Below are positions 1-8,459 of a stretch of DNA of 32,000 nucleotides, in pieces. Made by a program: the position numbers and the translations under genes. The notes beneath the pieces were generated by a model, which was not told the origin of the DNA, made no database searches, and saw only the letters and a list, made by a program, of their open reading frames with translations. This DNA comes from Candidatus Nitrosopelagicus brevis (GTDB lineage: Archaea; Thermoproteota; Nitrososphaeria; Nitrososphaerales; Nitrosopumilaceae): assembly GCF_000812185.1 (NCBI RefSeq), contig NZ_CP007026.1, positions 779,107-811,106 on the forward strand. The letters run 5' to 3'. Numbering within the stretch: position 1 is the first letter of the stretch; every line of letters starts with the position of its first letter.

Positions 1-2
1 AG

Positions 3-1547
3 TATGCAGAGAGTAGTAATTTTAAAGGTTCAACTGTTTCAAAGGAATCTTACAACAACGATAAATTTTCTTTTGTTGATACACCTGGAATTGTTTTTGA
101 TTCCGACAGCGAAACAACAAAGATTGCAATTTCATCTATACATGGAAACGATTCCATATTGCTTGTTGTTAGTGCTGCAAACATAGATGACGATATTGAA
201 TATTTTCTCCCATTGATAAAAAACAAGAAAGGAATGATAATAGTAACAAATTGGGACAGATTTAATTCAAAAAATGAAGACATGCTTGAAAAATTACAAC
301 AGGATCTTAAGATTCCCATTACAGCCTTAGATGCACGAAGAATTACCGAATCTCAAAAAAGTGGAATTTTTGAGACATTGAATAATCCACGTGTATTCTC
401 GAACAAAACAGTTCATACGGGAATCTCAATCAAGCCAAAATCAACAATTCTTGAGAAAAAACATGCAGGAGTCTTAATTGGGCTAGTGTTATTACTTGCT
501 CCGGCCATATTATCGGTCATTGGAGCCAATTATTTTGGAGAATTAATTCATCCAATAATATCAGAACTTTTGAAAGGACCAATAGATAGTCTTAGCACGC
601 TACCATCGCCATTAATGGATATTGTTGTTGGAGATTACGGATTCTTATCCATGGGCCCATTTCTTTTTGTTTGGGCAACTCCTGTAGTTGTGATATACGC
701 ATTAGTGCTTGGCATTTACAAATCAACTGGATTATTGGATAGAACATCTTTAGCGATTCATCCACTAGTAAAGAAAATCGGAGTAAGCGGAAGAGATGTA
801 ACTCGAATAGTAATGGGATTTGGATGTAACGTTCCTGCTGTCATTAGCAGTAGATCCTGTTCAAGTTGTACAAGAGGAACAACCGTTTCTGCAATAAGTT
901 TTGGTTCTGCATGTTCATACCAATTTAGTGCATCAATTGCTGTTTTTTCAGCATCTGGCATGCCTTGGCTGGTAATTCCATTTTTGTTTTTTTTGACAGC
1001 AACAACTATTCTTTACACCAGAATAGTCAGTAGAAAGAAAAATCGCATCAAGTTAAACATGCCAGTAATCGAGGGACAAGTATTCTTTGAAAAGCCTAGA
1101 GCCAGTGCAATTTGGAGAGAATCAAAGTCAAACATTAGTCAGTTCTTTAAGATGGCATTGCCAATCTTTTTGGGAATTACATTTGTTGCATCCATCATAA
1201 GCTGGACAGGCATTATTGATTATTTTGCAGTCGAGATTGGGTTCCTAATGAAATTTTTCAATCTCCCGGAGGATGCATCACTTGCAATAATATTTGGATC
1301 TATTAGAAAAGACGGATTATTACTTCTTGCTGAACCTAACTTAGTAGGCTCTCTTTCAGCAATACAAATTTTAACAGGAGTTTATCTAGCAGGAACATTA
1401 CTTCCATGCATTGTGACATTCTTAACCGTTATTCGTGAAATGTCATGGATGTTTGCAATTAAAATGGTAGGAAAACAAATCATTGCTGTTGTTGCATTTA
1501 CATTACTGCTTGCACATTCAGATAAATTATTCAATGTGTTTCTTTAG
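3..1547 (+). CDS. feoB: Ferrous iron transporter FeoB, 5'-truncated by the window edge
   Basis: The frame is open from nt 3. It reads YAESSNFKGSTVSKESYNNDKFSFVDTPGIVF, giving a DTPG G3 GTPase motif upstream of the track ORF 159..1547. A polytopic membrane domain follows, carrying the conserved FeoB GFGCNVPAV motif. Confidence 0.85.
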   Translation, partial: YAESSNFKGSTVSKESYNNDKFSFVDTPGIVFDSDSETTKIAISSIHGNDSILLVVSAANIDDDIEYFLPLIKNKKGMIIVTNWDRFNSKNEDMLEKLQQDLKIPITALDARRITESQKSGIFETLNNPRVFSNKTVHTGISIKPKSTILEKKHAGVLIGLVLLLAPAILSVIGANYFGELIHPIISELLKGPIDSLSTLPSPLMDIVVGDYGFLSMGPFLFVWATPVVVIYALVLGIYKSTGLLDRTSLAIHPLVKKIGVSGRDVTRIVMGFGCNVPAVISSRSCSSCTRGTTVSAISFGSACSYQFSASIAVFSASGMPWLVIPFLFFLTATTILYTRIVSRKKNRIKLNMPVIEGQVFFEKPRASAIWRESKSNISQFFKMALPIFLGITFVASIISWTGIIDYFAVEIGFLMKFFNLPEDASLAIIFGSIRKDGLLLLAEPNLVGSLSAIQILTGVYLAGTLLPCIVTFLTVIREMSWMFAIKMVGKQIIAVVAFTLLLAHSDKLFNVFL

Positions 1548-1605
1548 ATTTCATTAAAAATACAAATTCACTATATCAAATAAAAAAAATAAAGATTTTG
1601 TGTTA

Positions 1606-1848
1606 TCAGAATGAAATGTTTTTGAGTTGTGTATCAGACATGGTAGCATACTCGTCAATCTTTAGTTTGATATCATCAGATGTGGTATCATCCATTCCAG
1701 AAAGACCAGCCTTAAATGAAATCTTATTTCCAGATACGTTTACGTCAGATATTTCCATATCTGCATAGACATTGGCAATTTCATTTACCCATTCTTCTGC
1801 GTTGTTAACATTTTCAGTTTCAAGATTTACTTGAATCATTGTCGTCAT
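1606..1848 (-). CDS. Small acidic hypothetical protein (80 aa)
   Basis: Clean ATG ORF in an otherwise unoccupied gap, with a T-run downstream on its own strand. No motif recognised. Confidence 0.4.
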   Translation of the reverse strand: MTTMIQVNLETENVNNAEEWVNEIANVYADMEISDVNVSGNKISFKAGLSGMDDTTSDDIKLKIDEYATMSDTQLKNISF

Positions 1849-1940
1849 GTTCTATGATCGTAGAATATTATTAATAAATGTGTAAAAAGTTAATAACTTT
1901 TTCTTAAAATTTTTATCTTTCTTATTAAGAATCAGCAAAT

Positions 1941-2117
1941 ATGACAAAAAGTATCAGCTGTCACGATGCAGGAAAAGATTGTGGATGGTCTGCTAGCGCA
2001 CCAACAGAAGATGAATTGATGGTAAAAATTGAAGAACATGTAAAAGCAGAACACAAAGAAATCGAGCTTACACCTGAAAATGTGGCAAACATCAAGACGC
2101 TCATAAAAGAAATCTAA
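1941..2117 (+). CDS. DUF1059-like small Cys/His protein (58 aa)
   Basis: Hand translation: MTKSISCHDAGKDCGWSASAPTEDELMVKIEEHVKAEHKEIELTPENVANIKTLIKEI, then a stop. The C-x-D-x-G-x-x-C ... T-E-D-E-L ... H-x5-H layout is typical of DUF1059. Missing from the track because it is under 60 aa. Confidence 0.65.
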   Translation: MTKSISCHDAGKDCGWSASAPTEDELMVKIEEHVKAEHKEIELTPENVANIKTLIKEI

Positions 2118-2132
2118 TCACAAGTTTTAAAA

Positions 2133-3617
2133 TTATTTTATTATTTGTGAGAAATTTTCTATTGCTGAAATGAATTTTTTCCTTTCTGTAGGATTTTTTG
2201 CAAATTCAATCATTTCACACATTCCAAGAGAATCCAATATAGAGTCAAATTCAGGAATGTTTTCTTTTCTTAGCAATTGTAATGCATCCATGTTTGTAAG
2301 TTCTGCTCCTGTAGAAAAGCGATTTGAATAATAGAATCTTATTGCTTGTGATAGTTTTTCGTGTGCATCTTTGAAGAGATCTTCATCATACAAATGCTGT
2401 GCTTCACGTAACATTTCATGTGTCAAATCAACATAGCTTATAGTGTAACTATCATTTTTCACTATAATTGGAGTTTGTACAATTCTCTCCTTTGTTGTAA
2501 ATCTTTTAGATATCAGTATTGCAGCAGCAATGATTCCAATTACTAAAGGAATTACCCATAACAGAGTAGTTTCCATTTCTCCAGATGGACGCTCTAGAGA
2601 TACATTAGTTATTTGGCCATTTTGAAAGTTAGCAGATATTGTTGCAGACATCTCTTCGTTTTCATATGGAACAGATAACGATGTTTCATCATCAGATACG
2701 TCTAGAGAAGATGGTTGTTGTATCAGACCTTCATTAGATAATTGTTCATCGAAGTTTTGAAATTCAGGATTTTGCTGTAATTGTTGCATTAACTGTTCTT
2801 GAAGCTGCATTTGCTGTGCAATTTCATCTCTAAACTGTTCAGTGTTTTGCTCTACCAAATATGGACGCTCAGCAGGATTTAGAGGAGCATTTTGTAATTC
2901 AGCTGCCATTTGGTATTCTCGAAGTAATTCATCGGCTTGTTGTAAGAGTTCTTGCTCTTGTGGCGTCAAATTTGTGCCTGATTGCTGGCCTCCTTGTTGT
3001 CCATTTTGTTGAGCACCTTGCTGGCTTCCTTGTTGTCCGCCTTGCTGGCTTCCTTGTTGTCCGCCTTGCTGGCCACCAGATTGTTGAGAAGATGAGCCAG
3101 ATTGACTCTGCATTCCAAGTGAATCATCAAATGCATGCTCATATCTAGGATTCATAGTAACGTAAACATCATCACATGAGAAATCAACTGATTGTGTGAA
3201 ACCGGCATTTACACCATCATCAAGTAAGAGATTATATTTTTTCAGATAGATTTCTAATTCTTCAGAGGTATCAGGGTGTTGAAATTCTGCCAATGCAGGA
3301 AGCATCACATATCGTCCTAACTCTGAAAGAGGAACAGGTTGGTATGGGATGACAAGAATGTGGTTTGTAAATAATTTTTGTGGCTCACATACTTGATCAA
3401 TTTTTTGAAAATCTGCACTTTGGAAACTGGATACTGTGATATCCATAGGAATTCCATAATCATTTGCCAGGATATGCTGCATGAAAACTGTATTTCCGTT
3501 TTCATCCATCTCTTGAATAATAAAACCAGAATTGATGGATAGTATCTGTGATGGTTGAGGAGCACCAAACCCTCCACCTCCAAATGCAGAGATTCCAAAT
3601 AATGGAATTATACCCAA
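2133..3617 (-). CDS. Bitopic membrane protein with Q/G-rich low-complexity ectodomain; last gene of the MoxR-DUF58-VWA operon
   Basis: 494-aa ORF with a TTG start. It has a hydrophobic N-terminus and a globular segment, then a Q/G-rich region at about residues 169-302. One TM helix follows (LLWVIPLVIGIIAAAILIS), then a roughly 120-aa helical C-terminal domain. It is co-directional with the VWA gene and 30 nt downstream of it. Confidence 0.7.
   Translation of the reverse strand: MGIIPLFGISAFGGGGFGAPQPSQILSINSGFIIQEMDENGNTVFMQHILANDYGIPMDITVSSFQSADFQKIDQVCEPQKLFTNHILVIPYQPVPLSELGRYVMLPALAEFQHPDTSEELEIYLKKYNLLLDDGVNAGFTQSVDFSCDDVYVTMNPRYEHAFDDSLGMQSQSGSSSQQSGGQQGGQQGSQQGGQQGSQQGAQQNGQQGGQQSGTNLTPQEQELLQQADELLREYQMAAELQNAPLNPAERPYLVEQNTEQFRDEIAQQMQLQEQLMQQLQQNPEFQNFDEQLSNEGLIQQPSSLDVSDDETSLSVPYENEEMSATISANFQNGQITNVSLERPSGEMETTLLWVIPLVIGIIAAAILISKRFTTKERIVQTPIIVKNDSYTISYVDLTHEMLREAQHLYDEDLFKDAHEKLSQAIRFYYSNRFSTGAELTNMDALQLLRKENIPEFDSILDSLGMCEMIEFAKNPTERKKFISAIENFSQIIK
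2981..3086. repeat. Imperfect 24-bp tandem repeat inside the CDS, encoding GGQQGSQQ-type units
   Basis: The unit ccttgctggcttccttgttgtccg is identical at 3016..3039 and 3040..3063. Degenerate copies occur at 2981..3004 and 3064..3086. It lies in frame with the minus-strand CDS. Confidence 0.85.
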
Positions 3618-3647
3618 AAATAATAGAATGAAAAAAGTTGTTTTCAG

Positions 3648-4598
3648 TTAAATCACTATTCTATATTTGCCGTATACAATGTAAATATTAGCAGCTAATA
3701 CGACTACGGCTGCAATGAAGAACCAGTCTTTGATACTTACTTGTTCAAGTTCTCTGTCAATATCGTCAGTAATTTCTTCAAAAATTTCATTTAAACTATT
3801 GTTATCAACGGATTTGTAGTATTTTCCATTTGCCGCAGTTGCTATAGCGATTAATTCCTTTTCGTTTAATTCTGCATACAAAGGATTTCCATAAATGTTA
3901 GTTCCTAAAAGGACGGGTTCTTCAGAGCCCATACCAATTGTATGGATTTGAATTTTTTTCTGAATTGCATACTGAACCGCCTCATTTGGTGTTACAACAC
4001 CTGCGTTATGATCACCATCGCTTAACAGAATTACAACCTTTTTCTTGTTAGGAATGGAATTTGCCATATCCACGCCCAATACAAGACCATCTCCAATTGC
4101 AGTTGCGCCATCTCTTTGTTTTATTGCATTCAAATCACCAATTGTTTTGTCTTTGAATGGAGTGAGATATGAGACTGTTGTGGCACCAGATTCAAACAAG
4201 ATAATGCCAGTATGATCATTTGGCTCAAGATTTTCTATCAATATCTCAGCAGCATCTTTTGCAGATTCCAGTCTTGTTGGAGGATAATCAGTTGCAGCCA
4301 TACTTCCAGAGCCATCAAGAACTAGGACCACATTGACACCTTCTTTGATGTTTTCAAGAGGGATTCGGGGGTCTGCAAGCCCAATTATTATCAAACCTAC
4401 AGCTATCAGTATCAAAATGAATGGAAGATGTTTTCTAAATTGAGATTGTGATGAAGCTGATTTTTTTACAAGTTCTAAGTTGCTAAACTTTAGTGAGTTT
4501 GATTTCTTTGTTTTTGTATAAAATCGATACAGGAAATAAAATCCAGGCAAGATAAAAAGTGCAAGTAAAACATACCAATATCCAAATTCGTATTCCAT
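3648..4598 (-). CDS. VWA domain membrane protein (BatA-like)
   Basis: N-terminal TM helices, the MIDAS-type motif VVLVLDGSGSM, a later LLSDGDHN motif, and a C-terminal TM anchor (FFIAAVVVLAANIYIVYG). Confidence 0.85.
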   Translation of the reverse strand: MEYEFGYWYVLLALFILPGFYFLYRFYTKTKKSNSLKFSNLELVKKSASSQSQFRKHLPFILILIAVGLIIIGLADPRIPLENIKEGVNVVLVLDGSGSMAATDYPPTRLESAKDAAEILIENLEPNDHTGIILFESGATTVSYLTPFKDKTIGDLNAIKQRDGATAIGDGLVLGVDMANSIPNKKKVVILLSDGDHNAGVVTPNEAVQYAIQKKIQIHTIGMGSEEPVLLGTNIYGNPLYAELNEKELIAIATAANGKYYKSVDNNSLNEIFEEITDDIDRELEQVSIKDWFFIAAVVVLAANIYIVYGKYRIVI

Positions 4599-4601
4599 TA
4601 T

Positions 4602-5474
4602 TTAGCGCCTCATACGTTGGTTGAAAAACTGTCTTAATGCAGTGTCAAAAGGAATTTGTTCTGAAACATTTACCATCTCTACCTTTAATTTTTTAATATC
4701 ATTTTTGATTTTTTCATGGCTTTCAAGAGAGTTTTTTGTAAATGCATTTCTAAATGACTCATCAGAAGTGTTAACCATCAATTGTTCTCCAGATTCAATA
4801 TCTTCTAACATCGTATATCCAATATCAGGAAGCTCGGATTCACGTATGTCAGATAGATTTACTAAAATAACATCATGACGATTTTTAAGAAATTTTAACG
4901 GTCGCAAAAAGTTTGGAGATATGTAATCAGATATTATGAACACTACACTATGTTGACCTAAAATGTGATGTAATTGTAAAAGTGAAGATTCGATATCAGT
5001 TTGTGCACTTTTTGGTTTGTATGCAAGCAAAGTTCTTAGCAATGATAAGCTGTGTTTTCTTCCTTTTCTAGCAGGAACAAAGTGTTCAAGTTTGTTAGTA
5101 AATATTCCCAGTCCAACATTATCATTGTTTTTCATTGCAGAAAAAATAATTGATGCTGCAACCTCATGACCTATGGATTTTTTACTTTTCATGAATCCAA
5201 ATTCATTACTTGCAGAATAATCAAACATCACGTATACACGCAAATCACGCTCTTCAACGAACTCTTTTACATGTAATTTGTTAGTACGTGCAGTAACATT
5301 CCAGTCAATATGGCGAATATCATCGCCTAAAACGTACTCTCTTACCTCAGAGAATTCAATTCCTCGTCCACGTATTTTTGATTTGTAGCTACCTGCCATC
5401 ATACCATCCACCAAACCCTTAGTTTTGATTTCTAATTCCCGAATGCGTTTTAGAAGATCTTTAATTTCAGACAA
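4602..5474 (-). CDS. DUF58 domain protein
   Basis: Carries the signature RGRGIEFSEVREYVLGDDIRHIDWNVTAR, characteristic of DUF58 proteins encoded next to MoxR ATPases. Confidence 0.85.
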   Translation of the reverse strand: MSEIKDLLKRIRELEIKTKGLVDGMMAGSYKSKIRGRGIEFSEVREYVLGDDIRHIDWNVTARTNKLHVKEFVEERDLRVYVMFDYSASNEFGFMKSKKSIGHEVAASIIFSAMKNNDNVGLGIFTNKLEHFVPARKGRKHSLSLLRTLLAYKPKSAQTDIESSLLQLHHILGQHSVVFIISDYISPNFLRPLKFLKNRHDVILVNLSDIRESELPDIGYTMLEDIESGEQLMVNTSDESFRNAFTKNSLESHEKIKNDIKKLKVEMVNVSEQIPFDTALRQFFNQRMRR

Positions 5475-5481
5475 TTGATTT

Positions 5482-6510
5482 CTACGGAGCTCGGACTTTT
5501 TCTAATATTTTATCAATTATAGCATCAGAGGTATTACCTTCGGCTTCGGCTTCAAATGTCAGTATTATTCTATGTCGTAAAACATCATGTGCGATGGATT
5601 TAATGTCATCAGGAATAACAAAACCCCGTCCTGCAAGTAATGCATGTGCTTTTGCTGCAAGAATTAACCAAATAGATGCACGAGGGGAGGCGCCAAATTC
5701 TATCATATCTTCTAGCTCAAGGTCATAATTTTTTGGATTTCTAGTTGCATCAACTATTGCAGATACATATTCCTCAATTTTTTCATCAGCATAAATTTTT
5801 TGAACAAATTTTTGTATTTCAAGAACCACATCTTTTGATACTATGTTTTTAGCAGTAGGTTTGTTTTCCTGAGTATTTCTTTGTATGATTAATTTTTCAT
5901 GGTCTTTTGATGGATAGTTAATTATCAGTTTTAATGCAAATCTATCAATTTGAGCTTCTGGTAATCTGTATGTACCTTCACTTTCAATTGGGTTTTGTGT
6001 TGCAAGAACTAGAAATGGTTTTTCAATTTCAAATGTATCACCGTGAATACTTACTTGTCTTTCTTGCATTGCTTCAAGTAATGCAGATTGGACTTTAGGT
6101 GGTGCACGGTTAATTTCATCAGCTAGTATGAGATTACTAAATACAGGTCCTTTTTCTGTAACAAATTTTTCATTTTTGTTATCATAAATTTTTGTTCCGG
6201 TAATATCAGCAGGAAGTAAATCGGGAGTAAACTGTATTCTGCAAAAGTTTGCACCAAGAGTTTTTGATAACGTGTCAACCATTTTGGTTTTAGCCAAGCC
6301 AGGAACACCTTCTAAGAGAACGTGTCCATCTGCCATCATTGCAATTACTAATTTTTTAATTACTTCTTCTTGACCGACAATAACTTTCTGAACTTCATCT
6401 ACAATTGTCATTATTTGTTTAGCGTATACTTTTGATTGTTCAGTTAGTGTTTGAATTTCAGGATTTGCAGAGTGATATGATGATTCTACAGTCATAAGTT
6501 TCACTCTCAT
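5482..6510 (-). CDS. MoxR-family AAA+ ATPase
   Basis: Walker A motif GVPGLAKT, the MoxR block RIQFTPDLLPADITG, and Walker B motif LILADEINRAPPKVQSALLEAMQE. Confidence 0.9.
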   Translation of the reverse strand: MRVKLMTVESSYHSANPEIQTLTEQSKVYAKQIMTIVDEVQKVIVGQEEVIKKLVIAMMADGHVLLEGVPGLAKTKMVDTLSKTLGANFCRIQFTPDLLPADITGTKIYDNKNEKFVTEKGPVFSNLILADEINRAPPKVQSALLEAMQERQVSIHGDTFEIEKPFLVLATQNPIESEGTYRLPEAQIDRFALKLIINYPSKDHEKLIIQRNTQENKPTAKNIVSKDVVLEIQKFVQKIYADEKIEEYVSAIVDATRNPKNYDLELEDMIEFGASPRASIWLILAAKAHALLAGRGFVIPDDIKSIAHDVLRHRIILTFEAEAEGNTSDAIIDKILEKVRAP

Positions 6511-6629
6511 TCTGAGTTTTGAATATAATAATGATCACAATGGATCTATCGTTGTACTATTTTGGAAATTCAATTTTATGAAAGAAAACAATATCAATAT
6601 TATTTAATCATAAATTCTGATAATAGTAT

Positions 6630-7118
6630 ATGATGTTGAAATTAACAATCAAGGATATTTTGAGACAAAGAAAGTTTGGCATGATTGGAGTTATTTCAGG
6701 AGTAAGTCTTGGAACATTGTATTATTTCTTAACATTAGAAATGGGATTAGAACACATGGCAACAGAAATTGAATTATTGCCTATGTACATGGCAGCATCT
6801 ATAACATTGACAGCAGTTGTTGCAATTTTAGCAGGAATTAACATTGCATTAGTAGCGTACAACATCAAAACACAAAGAGACAAAAACGTAAAGAGTGGCG
6901 CAGGTGCGATATTTGGTGGAGCACTAACAGCATTTACACCAGGATGTCCTGCATGTACAACATCACTGACTGCAGTATTAGGAATAGTTGGAGGATTAGC
7001 TATATTCCCATTGCAAGGATTGGAATTAAAATTCATATCAATAGGAGCATTGACATTTTCAATCTGGTGGGCAATGCGTAACATCAACAAAGCTTCATGT
7101 TGCGTAATGAAAGAATAA
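6630..7118 (+). CDS. Hypothetical polytopic membrane protein with intramembrane CPAC motif and C-terminal CC pair
   Basis: 162 aa with several hydrophobic segments. Motif FTPGCPACTTSL; the C-terminus reads KASCCVMKE. No family recognised by eye. Confidence 0.55.
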   Translation: MMLKLTIKDILRQRKFGMIGVISGVSLGTLYYFLTLEMGLEHMATEIELLPMYMAASITLTAVVAILAGINIALVAYNIKTQRDKNVKSGAGAIFGGALTAFTPGCPACTTSLTAVLGIVGGLAIFPLQGLELKFISIGALTFSIWWAMRNINKASCCVMKE

Positions 7119-7157
7119 TCATAAAACCAAATATATTCAAAAAATTTTAACAATTAC

Positions 7158-8459
7158 ATGACACTTGAAGAGCCATCTCCAAATTTCCTTCTAGATTCAT
7201 TCAATGAAACGAGAAATACCACATTGCAGTTGGTAAAAAATTTAGAAAGAGACGATTTTGGAGTACAAACCGCAGTTTTCATGAGCCCTCCAAAATGGCA
7301 TATTGGACATGTAAGTTGGTTAAACGAAATAGTTCTAAGTAAAACACAAGACAATTATCAGTTTTTTTCAGATGAGCTTTCTGAATATCTAAATTCGTAC
7401 TATAATCAATTTGGAAAGCCACATGATAAATCAAAACGTGGAGTAATGTCACGGCCAACTGTAGATGAAATCTTAGAATATTTCGATGTGATAACAAATA
7501 GAGTTAGAGAAGTAATTAGCAGACCATTAGAAAAAGAAACTGCATATCTTTTCACAATGGCAATACATCATGAATGTCAGCATCAGGAGCTTTTAGTTTA
7601 TGATTTACAACATTTGTTAGGAGACCAATACAAACCGACAAAAGTTAATCAATCTCCAGTTTCATCAAACAAAGAAAAGAAAAGTATCAAGATAAACGGA
7701 GGATTATACAATTTGGGATATTCTGGAAAAGATTATTGTTATGACATAGAACTTCCAGAACACAAAACATACCTGAATGATTACCAAATTGACAATCTGT
7801 TGACAAGTAATGCAGAATACTTGGAATTTATTCAAGACGGAGGATATGATGATTATTCATTTTGGCTTTCTGACGGCTGGGATATAGTAAAGAAAAACGA
7901 ATGGAAGGCTCCTATGTATTGGGAAAAAGAAGGAGATGATTGGATTACAAGAGATTTTGCAGGAAAACGGAAAATTAATCCTGATGAGCCGGTTTGCCAT
8001 GTAAGCTACTACGAGGCTGCAGCATACTGCAAATGGGCAAACAAAAGATTACCAACAGAGGCAGAATGGGAAAAGGCTGCACTTTGGAATGATGAAAAGG
8101 AAGTTAAGACAATTTTTCCATGGGGAAATGAAAAACCTACAGAATTACATGCAAACCTGTTAGAGTCAAGCATTTGGAATTGCAGTGATGTGGGAGCATA
8201 TGAAGATGGAAAAAGTAGTTACGGATGTTATCAAATGATAGGAGATGTTTGGGAATGGACATCATCAGAATTTATGGGATACCCAGGTTTCAAAAGTGGA
8301 TTTGACGAATATAATGACAAGTGGTTTACAAATCAGAAAGTTTTACGCGGAGGATCTTTTGGAACTCCATCAAGATCAATTAGAGGATCCTACAGAAACT
8401 TTTTCAGACTGGATGAGAGATGGTTGATTTCAGGCTTTAGATGTGTAAAAGACATCTAG
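7158..8459 (+). CDS. egtB: Ergothioneine biosynthesis sulfoxide synthase EgtB (DinB-like plus FGE-sulfatase domains)
   Basis: The N-terminal DinB-type His motifs are WHIGHVSW and AIHHECQHQELL. The C-terminal FGE-type motifs are YYEAAAYCKWANKRLPTEAEWE, GDVWEWTSS and RGGSF. Confidence 0.85.
   Translation: MTLEEPSPNFLLDSFNETRNTTLQLVKNLERDDFGVQTAVFMSPPKWHIGHVSWLNEIVLSKTQDNYQFFSDELSEYLNSYYNQFGKPHDKSKRGVMSRPTVDEILEYFDVITNRVREVISRPLEKETAYLFTMAIHHECQHQELLVYDLQHLLGDQYKPTKVNQSPVSSNKEKKSIKINGGLYNLGYSGKDYCYDIELPEHKTYLNDYQIDNLLTSNAEYLEFIQDGGYDDYSFWLSDGWDIVKKNEWKAPMYWEKEGDDWITRDFAGKRKINPDEPVCHVSYYEAAAYCKWANKRLPTEAEWEKAALWNDEKEVKTIFPWGNEKPTELHANLLESSIWNCSDVGAYEDGKSSYGCYQMIGDVWEWTSSEFMGYPGFKSGFDEYNDKWFTNQKVLRGGSFGTPSRSIRGSYRNFFRLDERWLISGFRCVKDI

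Noticed and set aside
4-186. A 60-aa ORF at the left edge, and the 89-aa minus-strand ORF at 50..319
   Set aside because: Frame 3 is open from nt 3 and encodes the FeoB G-domain with its DTPG motif, continuous with 159..1547. The other frames are shadows.
2861-3148. A 95-aa plus-strand ORF with an internal repeat (LAGFLVVRLAGFLVVRLAG)
   Set aside because: It is the antisense reading of the 24-bp repeat in the Q/G-rich region. The minus-strand frame belongs to a 494-aa ORF with operon context.
6531-6620. A possible C/D-box sRNA, with ATGATCA as a C-box-like element at 6531 and CTGA at 6617
   Set aside because: The C box has a mismatch and the elements are about 85 nt apart, whereas archaeal sRNAs are usually about 50-60 nt. 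No C'/D' pair or terminal stem was seen. The region is better explained as a divergent promoter.
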